This document shows positions 52,753 through 61,990 of a stretch of 64,000 nucleotides of DNA, piece after piece. The position numbers and the translations under genes are program-made. The stretch comes from an uncultured Elusimicrobia bacterium (GTDB lineage Bacteria > Elusimicrobiota > Elusimicrobia > Elusimicrobiales > UBA9959): NCBI GenBank assembly GCA_903889965.1, contig CAISZM010000003.1, forward strand, positions 54,834-118,833. The letters are read 5' to 3'. Under the pieces are notes generated by a model. That model searched no databases. It saw only the letters and a program-made list of their open reading frames with translations, and was not told the origin of the DNA. Position 1 is the stretch's first letter. Every line of letters starts with the position of its first letter.

Positions 52753-53724
52753 TTAATGCATGGCCCGGCCGGCGTTGCGGGGCATATTCGGCCTTGAAGG
52801 CATCAGGGGGTTCGAACCCTGGGCCTGCTGGGGCCTGTAGCTCTTGTCTACGTACATCACGGTATCCCCTTCTTCAAGGCCCTTTGTCACCTGCACCATA
52901 TCGCCCTGGTCTAGCCCGGTTTCTATCCTCTGGTAGACAGGTTTATTGTCCTTAAGATCGGTGATGACGGCGGTTTTGCCGGACGGATCCATGGTCACGG
53001 CGGCGGTGGGGATCAGGAGCGCGCCCGGCCTCTTAGCCACTTCTATCTTGATATTGGCGGTCATCTGCGATTTAAAAAAAGACGGCACATGGTCCGGACG
53101 TATCTTGACCGAGTAGGTAATGACATTGCTCTGGTTCGTGCCCTCGTCAAGTATCTGAAAAACCTTCCCGCTTACCGGCGCATCGGGATAGGAGTCCAGG
53201 ATTATCGAGGCCGCCTGGCCTTCCTTTACTTTGCCCACATCGGACTCGTCCACGTTGGCCTCAAGGATAAGCTTGTCGGAAAGGGCGAAGAGCACCGTGG
53301 ACTGCCCCACGGTCTGGCCTTCGACCACGTTCTTGAGTATTATGGTCCCGTCCAGAGGGGAGAGGATCTTCATCGGCTTGTACGTATCCTGCCAATGCTT
53401 GTACTGGTCGTCACCCAGGGCGCGGGCCGCGTCCAGGATAGCCGCCCTGTCCTGCGAGCTCATCAGCGCCAGCACCTGGCCGGCTTTGACGGTGTCGCCT
53501 TCCTGCACCAGGATCTGCTCGATCCTGCCGGAGGAAGAGGGGTCTATTTCCACGCGGTTGAGCGGCGCCACGGCGCCGGTAGTCTCCACGAACTCGGAGA
53601 TAGTCTTTGAGATCACCTCGAAGCTGGCGTACCGGACCTCTTTCGTAGCGGTCGCTTTCTTCCAGTAATATCCGCCGCCGCCGAGTATGGCGAGGACGAG
53701 CACGGCTATTAAAATTTTCTTCAT
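52753..53724 (-). CDS. macA: Periplasmic adaptor (membrane fusion protein, HlyD/MacA family)
   Basis: The start is set at MKKILIAVLVLAILGG, with GGGAG 6 nt upstream. It has lipoyl/barrel-type motifs (GDTVKAGQVLALM). Confidence 0.85.
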   Translation of the reverse strand: MKKILIAVLVLAILGGGGYYWKKATATKEVRYASFEVISKTISEFVETTGAVAPLNRVEIDPSSSGRIEQILVQEGDTVKAGQVLALMSSQDRAAILDAARALGDDQYKHWQDTYKPMKILSPLDGTIILKNVVEGQTVGQSTVLFALSDKLILEANVDESDVGKVKEGQAASIILDSYPDAPVSGKVFQILDEGTNQSNVITYSVKIRPDHVPSFFKSQMTANIKIEVAKRPGALLIPTAAVTMDPSGKTAVITDLKDNKPVYQRIETGLDQGDMVQVTKGLEEGDTVMYVDKSYRPQQAQGSNPLMPSRPNMPRNAGRAMH

Positions 53725-53797
53725 ATTGTTCTCCCTAAATAAACACAACCGCTTATCCGCAGATGCCATTGCGCATGGCGAAACGCAAACCCGCCCT

Positions 53798-55072
53798 TCA
53801 CTCCCCTTCCAGGCCTATACCGATCAGGCTTTCCAGGGAGATCTTGCTGGTATTTGCTTTCTTGAAATAGGACAGCTGGTTAAGCTGGGCGTCCACCAGG
53901 CTCTGTTCCGTCGTCTCCAGGTCTATGAAACTCATCTTGCCGGCCTGGTATTTTATCTGGGACTCTTTATATCTCTCCTCGTCCGCGTCCAGTATTCCGA
54001 CATTCACCAGCGCGTTGTCTTTGGCGTTAAGGAAATCGTTATACCCGCTGCGGATGCTGCTATCCAGGGAATTCTTCATGTCAGCGAGGGAGGCCTCGCC
54101 GCTTTTAAGCGCAAGGCCGGCCGCCTTGGAGTTGTTGGCGTAATAAGTTATGCCGCTGGAAAATATCGGCAGGTTAAGGCTCAGACCCAGCGACCACCCC
54201 CGCGTGGCGGGGAATTCGCTGCTCCCGGACCAGCCCACTGACTGGCTGGCGCTCAGGGTGGGGTACAGGTCGTACTTGGCGGAAAGCATATGCTCCTTCA
54301 GGCTCTCCACCCCCTTTTCCTGAGAAACGACCTGGGGGATATTATCGATTATTTTTTTCAAGTTCTCCGCGTCAAGGGTATAATCCGGCGCCGTAAGGGA
54401 GGCTATGGCCACTATCGGCCTTAGTTCCGAGAAACCCATACCATTCAGGAGGTCCAGCCTGGCGCTGTCCAGGCTGCGCTCAGCCTGGAGCACGTTCGAT
54501 TTTGACAGCTCGGCCAGGGCGGCGGAGTACATCATATTGCCGCGCGATTCCGTGCCGCTGTCATAGTCCAGTTTAACAAGCTGGGCGTTGTTGCCGCGTA
54601 TTACAAGGATCTTTTTCTGCGTGGCCACGTTTTCCTGCGCGTAAACCAGATTGACGAAAGCGGAGTACAGCGCCTGCCTCAGGCTGGCCGATTCCGCCCT
54701 GTAATCCGCGTCGGCCTTCTCGTAGGATATCTTCGAATTCCGGATGGAGGAAAGGGCCTTCAGGTTGAATATGGGTTCGCTGGCCGAAACGCCCGCGCTT
54801 ACCTTATTGGAGGGGGAGGAGGGATCCGTAGCGCTCCTGGTAACGGAATTGGAGATATTAACGGACGGCAGGTACGCGTTAAAACCCGCCTGATAAAGGT
54901 ACTTATATTGTTCTATGGCCAGTTTTCTGGCCTTCAGCCCCGGGTTATTGTCCAGGGCGGCGCGGACACAGTCCTTCCACGAAAGTTCAAGGGGCGGTTC
55001 GGAGGACGCCGGCGCGGCGAAAGAAAAGGCCGGAAACAGCATCAAAACGGGCAGCAGTATTTTTTTCATCAT
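53798..55072 (-). CDS. TolC-family outer membrane efflux protein
   Basis: It has a signal peptide and the two-repeat coiled-coil pattern typical of OEP/TolC. It lies upstream of macA-macB on the same strand. Confidence 0.85.
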   Translation of the reverse strand: MMKKILLPVLMLFPAFSFAAPASSEPPLELSWKDCVRAALDNNPGLKARKLAIEQYKYLYQAGFNAYLPSVNISNSVTRSATDPSSPSNKVSAGVSASEPIFNLKALSSIRNSKISYEKADADYRAESASLRQALYSAFVNLVYAQENVATQKKILVIRGNNAQLVKLDYDSGTESRGNMMYSAALAELSKSNVLQAERSLDSARLDLLNGMGFSELRPIVAIASLTAPDYTLDAENLKKIIDNIPQVVSQEKGVESLKEHMLSAKYDLYPTLSASQSVGWSGSSEFPATRGWSLGLSLNLPIFSSGITYYANNSKAAGLALKSGEASLADMKNSLDSSIRSGYNDFLNAKDNALVNVGILDADEERYKESQIKYQAGKMSFIDLETTEQSLVDAQLNQLSYFKKANTSKISLESLIGIGLEGE

Positions 55073-55173
55073 CAGCGTAACGCGGCCGGCCCCCTGTTTA
55101 TTGCAGGCCGCCCCTCCATTATATTACCTACCGGTAAGTATACAACATGCTGACCGGCTGGTCAATGAGCCCG

Positions 55174-56334
55174 CTATTTAAGCGCTTCCTGGCCCGAGAA
55201 ACTGCGCTCCAGCCTGAAGCCGGAGAGTATCTCCCTGTCCTCGGCCGAGGGCGAGCCGGCTATATAAGCGGCCACGGTTTCGCCCAGGCCGGGCCCGAGC
55301 ATGAAGCCCTGGCCGCACATGCCGACCTCAAGGACATACCCCTTAAGCCGCTCCGGGAAATCCACTACGGGGAACCCGTCCGGCGTCATGGGATAAAGCC
55401 CGCGCCAGGTGCGCCTCACTTTCAGGTTCGAAAGGCACGGCATCAGCGAGATCATGCGGCGGGACACCTCGGGAAGGAACTCCGAGGTTGAACGCCTGTC
55501 CGCGCCCCAGATGGGGGGCTGCGGGGTAAGGCAGAATACCAGCTGGCCCTCCGAATTCTGGTAAAAATAATAGTTCTTTGACCTGTCACCGGGACGTATA
55601 TCAACGACCATCGGCTCGAAGAAGCGCTCCACCGGTTCCGTTATTCCCGCCTCGTGGCGATCCGGGTTTACCGGCACCTTTATGCCGGCCAGTTCCGAGA
55701 CGGCCGCCGCCTGAGCGCCCGCGGCGTTCACTACCCATTTCGAGCTGTATCTGCCGCGCGGCGTAACAACTCCCTTTACAACTCCGTTCTCAACCAGTAT
55801 TTCCTTAACCGGCTCGTTAAAATTGAATTGCGCCCCCAGCGCGACCGCGCGCCGGAAAAAAGCGTTGACCGAAAGCAGGGGGGAGGCGGAACCATCATCA
55901 GGCGACCAAGTTCCGCCGCGCAGGTCTTTCCCGGCTATGCCGGGGACCAGCGAGTGAACCTTCTCCGGCCCGATCCAGTCTATGTTCAGGCCAAGGCCCC
56001 GCTGCACCTTCAGCAGTTCCTTTAATACGGCCTCGTCCCGCTCGTTATAAACGGGGAAGATATATCCGCCTTTGATCCAACCGATGTCATCGCCGTGCCT
56101 GCTCTTCCAGGTTGAGAATATCTCCAGGCTTTTCAGGCAGGCCTTTATCTTGGACGCGTCGGAATGCGTGGCGCGCACGCCGCCTATGGCGCATTTGTTC
56201 TGCCCCTGGCCGGGAGAGGCCGCGGCCTCCAGCACCAGCGTCTTCAGCTTGCGCCCGGCCAGCGACACGGCCAGCGTCGTGCCTATGCTCCCGGAACCTA
56301 TTATAATAACGTCGTAATCGTTTTTTTCGCTCAT
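55174..56334 (-). CDS. FAD-dependent oxidoreductase (DAO/sarcosine-oxidase-beta-like)
   Basis: It has the N-terminal YDVIIIGSGSIG dinucleotide motif and is 386 aa. It is paired with the upstream Fe-S flavoprotein. Confidence 0.8.
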   Translation of the reverse strand: MSEKNDYDVIIIGSGSIGTTLAVSLAGRKLKTLVLEAAASPGQGQNKCAIGGVRATHSDASKIKACLKSLEIFSTWKSRHGDDIGWIKGGYIFPVYNERDEAVLKELLKVQRGLGLNIDWIGPEKVHSLVPGIAGKDLRGGTWSPDDGSASPLLSVNAFFRRAVALGAQFNFNEPVKEILVENGVVKGVVTPRGRYSSKWVVNAAGAQAAAVSELAGIKVPVNPDRHEAGITEPVERFFEPMVVDIRPGDRSKNYYFYQNSEGQLVFCLTPQPPIWGADRRSTSEFLPEVSRRMISLMPCLSNLKVRRTWRGLYPMTPDGFPVVDFPERLKGYVLEVGMCGQGFMLGPGLGETVAAYIAGSPSAEDREILSGFRLERSFSGQEALK

Positions 56335-56389
56335 AAGTTTTTAAGGTCTACAAGCCTCCGATATTGCCCGCCGTTCGCGGCTGTAACTT

Positions 56390-58486
56390 TCAGAACCCGC
56401 TCCAGCCCGTTCCCTCCCCGTCCCTGCCCGCGCACTTAACGTTTGAGAATACACCGAGCGGCGCTTCCACGAAAAGCGGCCGCTTCGTAAAGGCGGTGAC
56501 CTCTTTGGGATCGACACCTTCGCTGCGGAATATGTTCATGAGCAGGGAAGAGCAGGTCTTGGAGCCGCAGGCGCCCATCCCCGCGCGCGTAACGGCCTTA
56601 AGCTGGTTAAGGTCGCGCATGCCGGATCGTATGGCCCGGCGTATCTCACCGAGGCTGACCCGCTCGCAGCGGCAGATGATCGTCTCGTCTTCGGCCCGGG
56701 CCAGGCCGGCGGGGGACCTGTCCCCTGTTTCGGCGGAATACAGCTTCAACGAGACGGCCAGGTCCGCCGTTTCAGGAGAGGCCTTTACCACCACTATCAT
56801 CGTGTTCTCCGCCTTGAAATCCTTCACGTCAATAACTTCGGCCTCCCCCAGGTCGGCCCCTTCCCAGCCCGTAAGCCGGACATTGTCGCCCTTTTTCACC
56901 AGGCCGCGCCCTATCTCGAAGGGCAAAGCCACGGACGGGTTCTTCGGGTCTTTGCGGTAGTCCACTATAGTCACGGCCAGCCCGGGACAGATCAGCAGGC
57001 ATTTAAAGCAGCCTATGCAGTCCCCGGAAAAGCGCGGAACGCTCATTATGCTGTCCCCGGACAGCTTTATGGATTTTTTAGGGCAGACGGTAACGCAGGG
57101 ATTGCAGGGGATCTCCTGGCGGCAGTGCAGCACGGGGTAAACAGTCTTTTGGTGGTCCTTAGCCTCCGGAGGCCTGGTGGCCCCCGGCCTGGACTTGAGC
57201 ACCTCCAGCCTGTCGAACCAGAACTGCGGCACCGGCGCGGCCATCACTCCCAGGCTCTTAAGCACCTTATGCGCCGTTATCTTTCCGCTGAACATGGCGG
57301 CCGAGGCTTCGGCTATTTCCTCCGCGTCGCCGCAGACGAAAGCGTTCATGCCGGCCTCCAGCGCCTGAGCCTGGAATTCGTCCACGGAATTAAGCCCCAC
57401 GGCTATCAGCAGGGTGTCCGCTTTAAAGGTCCTTTCCGTGCCGGGAAGCGGTTTGAAATTTCCATCGACGCCGGCTATGGTGACGGTTTCCAGCTCTTTT
57501 TTCCCGTCGGCCCGCAATATGGTGTGCCGGGTATAGACGGGCAGACCCAGGCGTTTTATTTTATCGGCGTGGACCTTGTAACCGCCGCACTGCTCCTGGG
57601 CCTCTATCAGGCCGACCACCTGTATTCCGGCCTGTACCGCGTGGTAAGCGGCGATCAGGCCCACGTTTCCTCCTCCGACGATGAAAAGCCTTTTCGAGGG
57701 ACGCACCAGGTCGCGGTTGACCAGGGTCTGGAAAGCGCCGGCGCCGTACACCCCGGGAAGGGTGTTCCCGGGGAAAGCCAGGCTTTTCTCCCGCGCGCCG
57801 GAGGCGCTTATAACGGCCCGGGGACGCACCAGGCAGTATTTATCGCCGCGCAGCACGCCGACTTTCTTGTCGGAGAAGACCGCCAGGCAGGTGGCGCTGG
57901 TCCAGGCTTTCACCGATGGATATTTTTTAAGCTCTTCCTCGAGCTTTTCGGCTATGTCCACCCCGCGTGTGCCGGCGTAGCAGTCTTCGACCGAACCGAA
58001 GAACTTGTGCGTCTGCAGGACCAGCTTTCCGCCGAATTTAGCCTTATCGTCTATTATAAGGGTGTTGACGTTCAGCTTGCCGAGCTCCGCCGCGGCCGCC
58101 AGGCCGGAAGGGCCGCCGCCGATTATAAGGGCGTCCACCTCAAGTTCTTCCACACCCCCGAAATCCTGCAGGCAGGTACCCAGAGGCAGTTTGGCCGCAC
58201 CGCGAAGGGTCTTGACCTCCATACCTTCCCGCACCGGGGTAACGCAGGATTTTACGGATAAACCGTCGGCTATGACGCTGCACTGGGCGCACTGGCCGTT
58301 GGCGCAGAAGATACCCTGGGGGCTGGAGTCCTTTTTATGATAACTGAAGATCTTTATCCCGTTGGCGTAGAGAGCGCTGGAGAGAACTTCTCCCTCCAGT
58401 GCCTTGCATTCCCTGCCGTCAAAAGTGAATTTTACCGTCCCGCGCTCTTCCGGCTGCAGAACGGGGTGGTCCTTTATTCTTTCCAT
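56390..58486 (-). CDS. Multidomain Fe-S flavoprotein (2Fe-2S + FAD/NAD(P) oxidoreductase + 2x[4Fe-4S] + BFD-like 2Fe-2S)
   Basis: It has CANGQCAQCSV..KSC, then IIGGGPSGLAAA and VGGGNVGLIAA, then CRQEIPCNPCVTVCP plus CIGCFKCLLICP, then CRCERVSLGEI..GMGACGSKTC. Confidence 0.75.
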   Translation of the reverse strand: MERIKDHPVLQPEERGTVKFTFDGRECKALEGEVLSSALYANGIKIFSYHKKDSSPQGIFCANGQCAQCSVIADGLSVKSCVTPVREGMEVKTLRGAAKLPLGTCLQDFGGVEELEVDALIIGGGPSGLAAAAELGKLNVNTLIIDDKAKFGGKLVLQTHKFFGSVEDCYAGTRGVDIAEKLEEELKKYPSVKAWTSATCLAVFSDKKVGVLRGDKYCLVRPRAVISASGAREKSLAFPGNTLPGVYGAGAFQTLVNRDLVRPSKRLFIVGGGNVGLIAAYHAVQAGIQVVGLIEAQEQCGGYKVHADKIKRLGLPVYTRHTILRADGKKELETVTIAGVDGNFKPLPGTERTFKADTLLIAVGLNSVDEFQAQALEAGMNAFVCGDAEEIAEASAAMFSGKITAHKVLKSLGVMAAPVPQFWFDRLEVLKSRPGATRPPEAKDHQKTVYPVLHCRQEIPCNPCVTVCPKKSIKLSGDSIMSVPRFSGDCIGCFKCLLICPGLAVTIVDYRKDPKNPSVALPFEIGRGLVKKGDNVRLTGWEGADLGEAEVIDVKDFKAENTMIVVVKASPETADLAVSLKLYSAETGDRSPAGLARAEDETIICRCERVSLGEIRRAIRSGMRDLNQLKAVTRAGMGACGSKTCSSLLMNIFRSEGVDPKEVTAFTKRPLFVEAPLGVFSNVKCAGRDGEGTGWSGF

Positions 58487-58725
58487 AAGAAGCCTCTCTA
58501 TAATGTGAACTCTGGCAGCGCAGCTTTCCCGGCTTTTTCAACTCATATATTACAATATATTTTAATTCCAGCACTTCCGCGCATCGGACCGGCCCATAGG
58601 GTCCATGGGGACACCGGGCCCATTGTCCCGAAATAGACGGGTCTTTGGCCTCATGTGGATACGGGGCCGGTATGCGATACTATGTAAGCTGGACGCGGTT
58701 TAAAGAGCCAAACAGGAGACATCTC

Positions 58726-59253
58726 ATGAAGATATTTATTCTGGCAGCAGCCATCGGGTTTTTATCAGCCGGTTTGAACGCAGCTGAAAACCTTAATTTT
58801 ACCGATGCAGCTTTCGCGCGGCAATTCACCGCCGCTCCCGGTTCAGCGGAGGTCAAAGTTCCGGAAGCTCCGGCGCCCGCAAGGCTCGGCCGCTACGTGC
58901 AGGTTTCCGGCTATGTCTCGCTCAGCGGCAACACCTATATCTCCGGCCCAAGCGGCGGCTATACCTCGGTCCCGATGTCCGGCTGGGCTTCCTTCAGGGA
59001 TTCCAGCGGCCAGATCCTCAGCAACAGCATGACCATAAACGTGTACGCCTCCGCCTGGATCCGCCCCAACCAGTATGTTTCCCAGATGGTAAATCCCTCC
59101 GTTTATGTCGAGTTCTACCGCCAGGGCAGGCCGGTCGGCTCAGCCACCATGACAGGCAGCATCACGGTCACCGGCTGGCCTTCCGGGAACTACGTTTCGC
59201 TCAGCGGCTACGGCAACCTTAACGGCTCCGTCTACGTGCAGGACCCGGAATAA
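58726..59253 (+). CDS. Secreted hypothetical protein (175 aa)
   Basis: The start is set at MKIFILAAAIGFLSAGLNAAE, with AGGAG 7 nt upstream. The mature part is a Ser/Gly/Tyr-rich beta-type sequence with an internal echo (VSLSGNTYISG / VSLSGYGNLNGSVYV). Confidence 0.55.
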   Translation: MKIFILAAAIGFLSAGLNAAENLNFTDAAFARQFTAAPGSAEVKVPEAPAPARLGRYVQVSGYVSLSGNTYISGPSGGYTSVPMSGWASFRDSSGQILSNSMTINVYASAWIRPNQYVSQMVNPSVYVEFYRQGRPVGSATMTGSITVTGWPSGNYVSLSGYGNLNGSVYVQDPE

Positions 59254-59326
59254 ACCGCCGGGGCCCGGCCCGCTCCCGCCCCACGCGGGGGAATTTAATT
59301 TATTTTTTTAGTATCATCTTCTGACT

Positions 59327-60226
59327 ATGCGCCTACTGGAAGGAAAAACGCTGTCGGCCGAAATACTCGGCGCTCTGCCGGACCGCATTGAAGCGGCGAG
59401 GCTGCGCCTGGGCAGACCGCCGTCCCTGGCAATAATCAATTATTTCGCCGACTCCCCCTCGTCGTTTTACGTAAAAAGGAAACTCTCCGCCTGCGGCAAG
59501 CTCGGCATCGCTGCGCAGCTTTTTTCACCGCGCGCCGAAGATGGCGCCGCGGCTTTCAGGACGCACCTGGCGCGGCTCGGGGCGGACGCGGCTTACGACG
59601 CGGTAATGATAGAGCGCCCGCTGCCGGAAGGCTTCGAGACGCTGGAGACCTGGGACGCTATCCCCGCCCATAAGGACGTGGACGGGCTTTCCTCCCTGAA
59701 TATGGGCAGGCTTTTCATTTCGAAGCGGTTCGAGGAGATAGAAAAAGGCGCCTTCTTTTCCCCCTGCACCGCGCTGGCCGTGGTTCGCCTGTTGAAATTC
59801 CACGGCATAGACCCGGCCGGGATGAATATAGCCGTAGCCGGACGCTCCGCCGTGGCGGGAAGGCCGCTGGCGCATATGCTTACGTCGCTTGACGCCACCG
59901 TAACCCTTTGCCATACGCGAACCCGGGACACGGCCGGGATATTCAAGGCCTCGGACCTGATCGTAACAGCGGCCGGCAGGGCCAGATGGCTCAAAAAAGA
60001 GATGCTGCGCCCGGGCACGACCGTTATAGACGTCGGGACCAACCTCGACGAGAACGGGAAACTATGCGGCGACGCCGATTTCGAGGATATTAAAGACAGC
60101 GCAGCCGCCATAACGCCGGTTCCCGGAGGGGTCGGCCCGGTAACGCTGGCCTGCCTGCTCGAAGCCGTGGTAAAAGCCGCGGAGCTGGCGCCCAAGACCG
60201 AAAGAGGGGAGATCATACTAACATGA
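59327..60226 (+). CDS. folD: Bifunctional methylenetetrahydrofolate dehydrogenase/cyclohydrolase
   Basis: It has the overall FolD layout, GRSAVAGRPLAHML, TLCHTRT and PVPGGVGPVT. Confidence 0.9.
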   Translation: MRLLEGKTLSAEILGALPDRIEAARLRLGRPPSLAIINYFADSPSSFYVKRKLSACGKLGIAAQLFSPRAEDGAAAFRTHLARLGADAAYDAVMIERPLPEGFETLETWDAIPAHKDVDGLSSLNMGRLFISKRFEEIEKGAFFSPCTALAVVRLLKFHGIDPAGMNIAVAGRSAVAGRPLAHMLTSLDATVTLCHTRTRDTAGIFKASDLIVTAAGRARWLKKEMLRPGTTVIDVGTNLDENGKLCGDADFEDIKDSAAAITPVPGGVGPVTLACLLEAVVKAAELAPKTERGEIILT

Positions 60227-60681
60227 ATAAAACTTTTACAGCGCTTCTGCCTTTGATCCTCCTTGCCGCGCTGAGCCTGCCCGCGGCGGCCCAGGACGAA
60301 GGATCGGACTCTCCCGAGGAAACGACGAATACCTCCGCGACAAACACCGCCGCCCCTGAAAAACCCGCGGTTCAGAAGCCGGAGGAGAAAAAGCCTGCGC
60401 CGAAAAAAAAGGCGGCCAAGACCACAAAAAAGGCGAAAAAAAAGAAGAAGACGGCGCCCGCGATGTCGGATTACAAGTTCCCCTCAACCGACAGCGTCCC
60501 CACATACAAGTTCGACAAAAAAGCCAACCCCATAATGAAACCGGCCAAAAAGTCTCCGGCCTCTAAAAAACCGGGGGCTTCCGTAAAATCGGCGCAGCCC
60601 GTCAAAAAACTGGCGCCTTCCAAGCCCATAGGCGAAGAAAACACAGAACAGCCCGCCCAGACACCGCCGGAAGGGGAATAA
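60223..60681 (+). CDS. Secreted lysine/proline-rich low-complexity protein
   Basis: There is an ATGA overlap with folD. It has a signal peptide and KKPAPKKKAAKTTKKAKKKKK tracts. Confidence 0.5.
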   Translation: MNKTFTALLPLILLAALSLPAAAQDEGSDSPEETTNTSATNTAAPEKPAVQKPEEKKPAPKKKAAKTTKKAKKKKKTAPAMSDYKFPSTDSVPTYKFDKKANPIMKPAKKSPASKKPGASVKSAQPVKKLAPSKPIGEENTEQPAQTPPEGE

Positions 60682-60840
60682 TGCCGGACCTGCCGGTAAA
60701 GCTTTACAATCTTCCTCCCTCGGTTCCGGCCGTAAAAATATTGCGGCCGCGCCGCGTGAAAACAGCAGGCTCGGGACCCGGCGTGTATAAAGATTTAATA
60801 AAGTGACCTGTCGGCGCAGCGCCTTCCAAGATCGACCCGA

Positions 60841-61590
60841 ATGGAAATCCCCAAAGAGTGGCATAGGACCTTTTTCAAGAACCCTTTTTATAACCCGGCC
60901 TCCCGGCCCGCCCTGGCCGCAGCCCCGGCAGAAGCCGCCTTTGTTCTCGCGCGGCTTAAATTAAAAAAGGGTTCCGCCCTGCTGGACCTTTGCTGCGGCC
61001 CCGGCAGGCACGCGGTTGAGTTCGCAAAGAGAGGCATGGCGGTAACCGGCTATGATTTTTCCAAAGAATACCTGAAAGAAGCCGCCGGACGCGCCAAGGG
61101 CAAGCACGTTTCCATCCGCCTGGTGCGCGGCGACATGCGCCGCCTGGGGTTCACACGGGAATTCGACGCCGCGGTCAACCTTTTCACCAGCTTCGGCTAT
61201 TTCCGCAGGTTCTCGGACGACATCAAAACCCTGAAAGGCGCGGCCCGGGCGCTCAAACCGGGCGGCCTGTTCCTGATAGACGTAGTGCACGGGGATTTCG
61301 CGCGCGCGAATTTAAAACGCAGGGACTGGGCATTGCTCGGCCGCTCTTACCACCTGGAGGAAACAGCCGCGGACGCCGACGGGATTTACAGCACCTGGAC
61401 GGAAATACCCGCGGGCGGGGGCAGGCCGGTTTCGAAAAGTTTTTTTACGCGGCTTTACAACAAGGAACGCCTCAGCGCGGCGCTGAAAAAATCCGGGTTT
61501 AAACCGCTCAAGTTCTGGGGGAATTTCAGGGGAGCGCCGCTCTCGGAAAAAAGCGACCGGCTCATCTGCCTGGCAAAAAAGATTCAGTAA
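60841..61590 (+). CDS. Class I SAM-dependent methyltransferase
   Basis: It has motif I LLDLCCGPGRH, then an acidic residue after beta-2 (GYDFS) and LKPGGLFLID. Confidence 0.8.
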   Translation: MEIPKEWHRTFFKNPFYNPASRPALAAAPAEAAFVLARLKLKKGSALLDLCCGPGRHAVEFAKRGMAVTGYDFSKEYLKEAAGRAKGKHVSIRLVRGDMRRLGFTREFDAAVNLFTSFGYFRRFSDDIKTLKGAARALKPGGLFLIDVVHGDFARANLKRRDWALLGRSYHLEETAADADGIYSTWTEIPAGGGRPVSKSFFTRLYNKERLSAALKKSGFKPLKFWGNFRGAPLSEKSDRLICLAKKIQ

Positions 61591-61982
61591 GCCCTGTCCA
61601 GGGCCCTTTCTATTTCTTCGGCTATAAAATCCACACGTTCGGTCTTCGAGAGCACATTGCGCACCTGGGGAAAGCGGGAAACCTCCGTGCGGCTGCGCTG
61701 CGTGAAATGGGTCGCGGTCAGCACGACCACGGGGATGGAGGCCAGGCGCGGATCCTTCTGGAACGCCTTCAGCATCTGTATGCCGTCAAAATCCGGCATA
61801 CCGATATCGGTCACCACGATATCCGGCCTGGACTCCAGGCACAGGGCTATACCCTGCAGGCCTGTATGCCCCACAGCCACGTCGTATTTGTCGCCCAGGA
61901 CTTCCTTAAGCAGGGCGGCGAACACCTCGTTATCCTCTACTATTAATATCCTCGTCCTTCCTTCCATATATACAGTATACAA
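61584..61982 (-). CDS. Single-domain response regulator (receiver only)
   Basis: It has ILIVEDNE, the phospho-acceptor context DIVVTDIGMPDFDG, and LTA...K positions. 132 aa. Confidence 0.85.
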   Translation of the reverse strand: MYTVYMEGRTRILIVEDNEVFAALLKEVLGDKYDVAVGHTGLQGIALCLESRPDIVVTDIGMPDFDGIQMLKAFQKDPRLASIPVVVLTATHFTQRSRTEVSRFPQVRNVLSKTERVDFIAEEIERALDRAY

Positions 61983-61990
61983 TACGCCGG

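Noticed and set aside
52806-52819. A tRNA T-arm-like string, GGGGGTTCGAACCC.
   Set aside because: It lies inside the macA-like coding sequence (encoding GSNPLMP on the minus strand). It has no flanking acceptor, D or anticodon arm complementarity.
60340-60480. Long A-runs (AAAAAAAAGG, AAAAAAAAGAAGAAG) in the lysine-rich gene, considered as possible slippery or phase-variable tracts.
   Set aside because: They simply encode the poly-Lys segments in frame. No alternative-frame continuation or split ORF is visible, unlike the MBOAT G6 case.
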